NCBI GenBank assembly: GCA_965207455.1 | Contig: CBDBMJ010000001.1 | Location: forward strand, 352,001 to 416,000 | DNA: 64,000 bases | From: Bdellovibrionota bacterium | GTDB taxonomy: Bacteria; Bdellovibrionota; UBA1018; CAIPTA01; JAALKR01 | Reading direction: 5' to 3' | Part shown: in pieces, positions 59,575-64,000 of the stretch | Numbering within the stretch: the stretch's first letter is position 1 | Layout of the letters: each line of letters opens with the position of its first letter | Program-made: the position numbers and the translations under genes | The notes under the pieces: model-generated | Databases searched by the model: none | The model's input: the letters and a program-made list of their open reading frames with translations, nothing else | Told to the model about the DNA's origin: nothing

Positions 59575-62500
59575 ATGAGAAATTTACTTATGAAAATGAT
59601 TGTGAGCCATTATAAACTAATTTTACAGCGTAGGAGGGATGCTCGGCGGATAGAGTATAAAAAAATAAATTTCCGCTTAGTGCCGTTTATACTTTTTATT
59701 TTCATCACGGGTTGTAGCAATGCCTTGAATTCTATTTTCTCCGCTAGTTTTTCCTTTACAATAGAGGAAGGTTATTCTGAGAACGGTATATACTATTCCA
59801 GAAATCCGTCACCAGTTTTTAAATTTTCCAATGTGAAGGCTGGAGCGTTAGTTACTCTGCACGAAGATGCAGAATGTGCTGGAGTGATAATCAGTGAAGA
59901 TGCAGTACCAACAGTGGATCAAGTGGACATACAACTAAAAGAAAGTATTGTATCCGATGGCAGCGAAACTTATTACGCAAAACACGCCTTGGGAGAAAAT
60001 ATTTTTAATTGTATAGAAATAAACTATGTATTGGATAGGATGGCAGCTAGACCCACTCTTGCTCTAGGTAATGAACTTAGCAGCCCTTCCACAGAACCCA
60101 ATCTCAGTTTTCTTGTCTCTGATCTAGAAATTGGATCTGAGGTGAGCTTGCATACAGATAGTAACTGCATAGATGAAAAAGTGACATCAAGCATAGCCAC
60201 AGGTACCACACTAACAATAGCAACTGCTCTAAACAGCGATGGAACATATAACTACTATGCCAAGCAGGTAGACAGAATTGGCAATATTTCTAATTGCTCC
60301 AGTGTGGTAGAGTATGTGCTAGATAGGGAGAATCCTTCTGAACCATCCATAGGTCTAGCTCAAGGAACTACAAGTCCTTCTAGTAATGTAAATCCTAATT
60401 TTCTTGTTTCAGGTGTGGAAGATGGGGCAACTGTAAGCTTGCATATGGATGATGCTTGCAGTGATAGCTCAAGTGCCATCGGAACTGCTTCCAGTAACTC
60501 TATTACACTAGAGTCGATTATAACAAATGGGAACGATACCTATAACTATTATGCCAAACAAGTAGATGGGGCTGGCAATGCTTCTAGCTGCTCTAACTTG
60601 AGTGCGGAATATATACTAGATGACTCTCTTTTCGGTATTCCTGTTGTGGGATTAGCCGGTACTGGTACAAGCCCTTCTCAGAATACCAATCCTAGTTTCC
60701 TTATTACTAATATAGAAGATGGAGCTACTGTAACCCTACACACGGATAGTGCTTGCAGTGATGCAAGTCAAACAGCATCAGGTACATCTTCTGGTGATTT
60801 CATCACACTCTCACTTGCAACCAGTTTAACGGATGATGAAACCTATACCTATTATGCAAAACAAATAAAGCCACCCAACTCCGCATGTTCTAGTACAGGT
60901 CTAACATATGTATTGGATAGAGTGGCACCAACTGTGCCTAGCCTAGTTCTAGGCAGTCCTTCTAGGAATTTGGATCCTAGTTTTGTGGTTTCAGGTGTAG
61001 AGAATGAAGCAACTGTAGGCCTATATACAGATAGCAGTTGTACAGAGGCAAACAAAGTAGCATCAGGTACAGCTACAGCTAGCTCCATTACACTATCACT
61101 TGCAACCAGTTTAACGGATGATAAAACCTATATCTATTATGTAAAACAAGTGGATAGGGCTAGCAATTCCTCTAACTGCTCTAATGCAGTGGAATATGAA
61201 CTAGACACAAATGCCCTGGCACCAACAATAGCATTGCCTTCAGGACTTACAAGCCCTTCAACTGATACAACACCAAGTTTTTCTGTCTCTGGTCTAGAAA
61301 TTGGGGGAGTGGTAAGTTTATACACAGATAGTACTTGCACAGACTCAAATAAAATAGCCTCAAAGACAGTCGCTAGTAGTTCTATTTCAATAGAAGTTAC
61401 TATCAGTAGTGATGGAATATACAACTATTATGCAAAACAGGTGGATAGTTTGGGAAATGCTTCCTTTTGTTCCAGTGCACTGGAATATGAACTGGACATA
61501 ACAGCTCTTACACCAACAATAGCATTGCCTTCAGGAGGTACAAGCCCTTCAACTGATACAACACCAAGTTTTTCTGTCTCTGGTCTAGAAATTGGAGCAG
61601 TGGTAAGTTTATACACAGATAGTACTTGCACAGACTCAAATCAAATAGCATCAAAGACAGTCGCTAGTAGTTCTATTTCAATAGAAATTACTGTTGGTAG
61701 TGATGGAATATACAACTATTATGCAAAACAGGTGGATAGTTTGGGAAATGTTTCTTCTTGCTCCAGTGTACTGGAATATGAACTGGACACAACGGTTCTT
61801 ACACCAACAATAGCATTGCCTTCAGGAGGTACAAGTCCTTCAACGGATACAACACCAAGTTTTTCTGTCTCTGGTCTAGAAATTGGATCAGTGGTAAGTT
61901 TATACACAGATAGTACTTGCACAGACTCAAATAAAATATCGTCAGAGACAGTCGTTAGTAGTTCTATTTCAATAGAAATTACTATCAGTAGTGATGGAAC
62001 ATATAACTATTATGCAAAACAGGTGGATAGTTTGGGAAATGCTTCCTCTTGCTCCAGTCCACTGGAATATGAACTGGACACAACGGCTCTTACACCAATA
62101 ATAGCATTGCCTTCAGGAGGTACAAGTCCTTCAACGGATACAACACCAAGTTTTTCTGTCTCTGGTCTAGAAATTGGGGGAGTGGTAAGTTTATACACAG
62201 ATAGTACTTGCACAGACTCAAATAAAATATCGTCAGAGACAGTCGTTAGTAGTTCTATTTCAATAGAAGTTACTATCAGTAGTGATGGAACATATAGCTA
62301 TTATGCAAAACAGGTGGATAGTTTGGGAAATGCTTCCTCTTGCTCCAGTGTGCTGGAATATGAACTGGACACAACGGCTCTTACACCAACAATAGCATTG
62401 CCTTCAGGACTTACAAGTCCTTCAACGGATACAACACCAAGTTTTTCTGTCTCTGGTCTAGAAATTGGGGGAGTGGTAAGTTTACACACAGATAGTACTT

Positions 62501-64000
62501 GCACAGACTCAAATCAAATAGCATCAAAGACAGTCGCTAGTAGTTCTATTTCAATAGAAATTACTGTTGGTAGTGATGGAATATACAACTATTATGCAAA
62601 ACAGGTGGATAGTTTGGGAAATGTTTCTTCTTGCTCCAGTGTACTGGAATATGAACTGGACACAACGGTTCTTACACCAACAATAGCATTGCCTTCAGGA
62701 GGTACAAGTCCTTCAACGGATACAACACCAAGTTTTTCTGTCTCTGGTCTAGAAATTGGATCAGTGGTAAGTTTATACACAGATAGTACTTGCACAGACT
62801 CAAATAAAATATCGTCAGAGACAGTCGTTAGTAGTTCTATTTCAATAGAAATTACTATCAGTAGTGATGGAACATATAACTATTATGCAAAACAGGTGGA
62901 TAGTTTGGGAAATGCTTCCTCTTGCTCCAGTCCACTGGAATATGAACTGGACACAACGGCTCTTACACCAATAATAGCATTGCCTTCAGGAGGTACAAGT
63001 CCTTCAACGGATACAACACCAAGTTTTTCTGTCTCTGGTCTAGAAATTGGGGGAGTGGTAAGTTTATACACAGATAGTACTTGCACAGACTCAAATAAAA
63101 TATCGTCAGAGACAGTCGTTAGTAGTTCTATTTCAATAGAAATTACTATCAGTAGTGATGGAATATATAACTATTATGCAAAACAGGTGGATAGTTTGGG
63201 AAATGCTTCCTCTTGCTCCAGTGTGCTGGAATATGAACTGGACACAACGGCTCTTACACCAACAATAGCATTGCCTTCAGGAGGTACAAGTCCTTCAACG
63301 GATACAACACCAAGTTTTTCTGTCTCTGGTCTAGAAATTGGATCAGTGGTAAGTTTATACACAGATAGTACTTGCACAGACTCAAATAAAATATCGTCAG
63401 AGACAGTCGTTAGTAGTTCTATTTCAGTAGACGTTACTATCAGTAGTGATGGAACATATAACTATTATGCAAAACAGGTGGATAGTCTAGGAAATATTTC
63501 CTCTTGTTCCAGTGCACTGGAATATGAACTGGACACAACGGCTCTTACACCAACAATAGCATTGCCTTCAGGACGTACAAGTCCTTCAAATAATGCAACA
63601 CCAAGTTTTTCTGTCTCTGGTCTAGAAATTGGGGGAGTGGTAAGTTTATACACAGATAGTACTTGCACAGACTCAAATCAAATAGCGTCAAAGACAGTCG
63701 CTAGTGGTTCTGTTTCAATAGAAATTACTATTGGTAGTGATGGAATATACAACTATTATGCAAAACAGGTGGATAGTCTAGGAAATATTTCCTCTTGCTC
63801 CAGTGTACTGGAATATGAGCTAGATAGAACAAATCCTCCTGAACCTTCCATAGCGCTAGCTCAAGGAGGCATAAGTCCTTCCACGAACACAAATCCTAAT
63901 TTTCTCATCTCAGATGTAGAAGATGGAGCAATGGTGAGTCTATATACAGATAGTACTTGTACGGATTCAAGTCAAGTAGCATCAGGCACAGCTACAGCTA
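59575..64000 (+). CDS. Giant surface lipoprotein with tandem 97-aa Ig-like repeats; runs off the window end and is absent from the ORF track
   Basis: Frame read open from ATG 59575 to 64000 (at least 1475 codons); lipobox FIFITG-C; repeat PTIALPSG.TSPSTDTTPSFSVSGLEIG.VVSLYTDSTC...SDG.YNYYAKQVDSLGN.S.CSS.LEYELDT. Confidence 0.9.
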   Translation, partial: MRNLLMKMIVSHYKLILQRRRDARRIEYKKINFRLVPFILFIFITGCSNALNSIFSASFSFTIEEGYSENGIYYSRNPSPVFKFSNVKAGALVTLHEDAECAGVIISEDAVPTVDQVDIQLKESIVSDGSETYYAKHALGENIFNCIEINYVLDRMAARPTLALGNELSSPSTEPNLSFLVSDLEIGSEVSLHTDSNCIDEKVTSSIATGTTLTIATALNSDGTYNYYAKQVDRIGNISNCSSVVEYVLDRENPSEPSIGLAQGTTSPSSNVNPNFLVSGVEDGATVSLHMDDACSDSSSAIGTASSNSITLESIITNGNDTYNYYAKQVDGAGNASSCSNLSAEYILDDSLFGIPVVGLAGTGTSPSQNTNPSFLITNIEDGATVTLHTDSACSDASQTASGTSSGDFITLSLATSLTDDETYTYYAKQIKPPNSACSSTGLTYVLDRVAPTVPSLVLGSPSRNLDPSFVVSGVENEATVGLYTDSSCTEANKVASGTATASSITLSLATSLTDDKTYIYYVKQVDRASNSSNCSNAVEYELDTNALAPTIALPSGLTSPSTDTTPSFSVSGLEIGGVVSLYTDSTCTDSNKIASKTVASSSISIEVTISSDGIYNYYAKQVDSLGNASFCSSALEYELDITALTPTIALPSGGTSPSTDTTPSFSVSGLEIGAVVSLYTDSTCTDSNQIASKTVASSSISIEITVGSDGIYNYYAKQVDSLGNVSSCSSVLEYELDTTVLTPTIALPSGGTSPSTDTTPSFSVSGLEIGSVVSLYTDSTCTDSNKISSETVVSSSISIEITISSDGTYNYYAKQVDSLGNASSCSSPLEYELDTTALTPIIALPSGGTSPSTDTTPSFSVSGLEIGGVVSLYTDSTCTDSNKISSETVVSSSISIEVTISSDGTYSYYAKQVDSLGNASSCSSVLEYELDTTALTPTIALPSGLTSPSTDTTPSFSVSGLEIGGVVSLHTDSTCTDSNQIASKTVASSSISIEITVGSDGIYNYYAKQVDSLGNVSSCSSVLEYELDTTVLTPTIALPSGGTSPSTDTTPSFSVSGLEIGSVVSLYTDSTCTDSNKISSETVVSSSISIEITISSDGTYNYYAKQVDSLGNASSCSSPLEYELDTTALTPIIALPSGGTSPSTDTTPSFSVSGLEIGGVVSLYTDSTCTDSNKISSETVVSSSISIEITISSDGIYNYYAKQVDSLGNASSCSSVLEYELDTTALTPTIALPSGGTSPSTDTTPSFSVSGLEIGSVVSLYTDSTCTDSNKISSETVVSSSISVDVTISSDGTYNYYAKQVDSLGNISSCSSALEYELDTTALTPTIALPSGRTSPSNNATPSFSVSGLEIGGVVSLYTDSTCTDSNQIASKTVASGSVSIEITIGSDGIYNYYAKQVDSLGNISSCSSVLEYELDRTNPPEPSIALAQGGISPSTNTNPNFLISDVEDGAMVSLYTDSTCTDSSQVASGTATA
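61137..63830 (+). repeat. Near-identical 291-bp tandem repeats, flanked by more diverged units
   Basis: TTATGYAAAACARGTGGATAG recurs at 61137, 61428, 61719, 62010, 62301, 62592, 62883, 63174, 63465, 63756. Confidence 0.97.

Noticed and set aside
60024..63668. Series of 61-95 aa minus-strand ORFs (MQVLSVYKLTT...)
   Set aside because: Antisense shadows of the plus-strand repeat protein; they recur with the 291-bp period.
61137..63830. Tandem array considered as CRISPR or a non-coding repeat
   Set aside because: The unit is 291 bp, a multiple of three, with no unique spacers, an open reading frame and no cas genes.

Overview
Bacterial chromosomal window, most consistent with a Bdellovibrionota-like organism (inferred from gene content and style: short flagellin, long FliO, secreted S8-CUB proteases, long-form PhhA, sigma54 and sigma28 promoters). 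1-20.8 kb: an AT-rich, apparently intact flagellar operon (fliI-fliJ-motE-like-fliK-flgD-TIGR02530-like-flgE, then sigma54-driven fliL-M-N-O-P-Q-R-flhB-flhA-flhF-flhG-fliA). It ends in a degenerate CheA-like gene coupled to a degenerate PAS/MCP-like gene. 20.8-25.4 kb: coaE, rocD with an unannotated leader ORF and local duplications, and mobile-element debris (candidate MITE, doubly truncated IS1634-family transposase). 25.4-58.2 kb: mostly housekeeping and envelope genes (7TM-HD phosphodiesterase, ybeY, fliC, rnr, two S8-CUB proteases, phhA, LpoB-like/COG3014-like lipoproteins, a NagB-PIG-L pseudo-enzyme, amidase, ribF, lpxC, mrp, lysS, lolC/E, lolD, bamA). Then tRNA-Ala(TGC) and an accessory region with a small Cys-rich secreted protein and a giant (>1475 aa, runs off the window) lipoprotein built of 97-aa two-cysteine Ig-like repeats that the ORF track misses. 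Best leads: the pseudo-CheA/pseudo-MCP pair, the giant repeat lipoprotein, the NagB-PIG-L double pseudo-enzyme, the flgE leader (mini-ORFs plus hairpin), the rocD leader peptide and sigma54 control of lpxC. All calls were made by eye; no searches were run.
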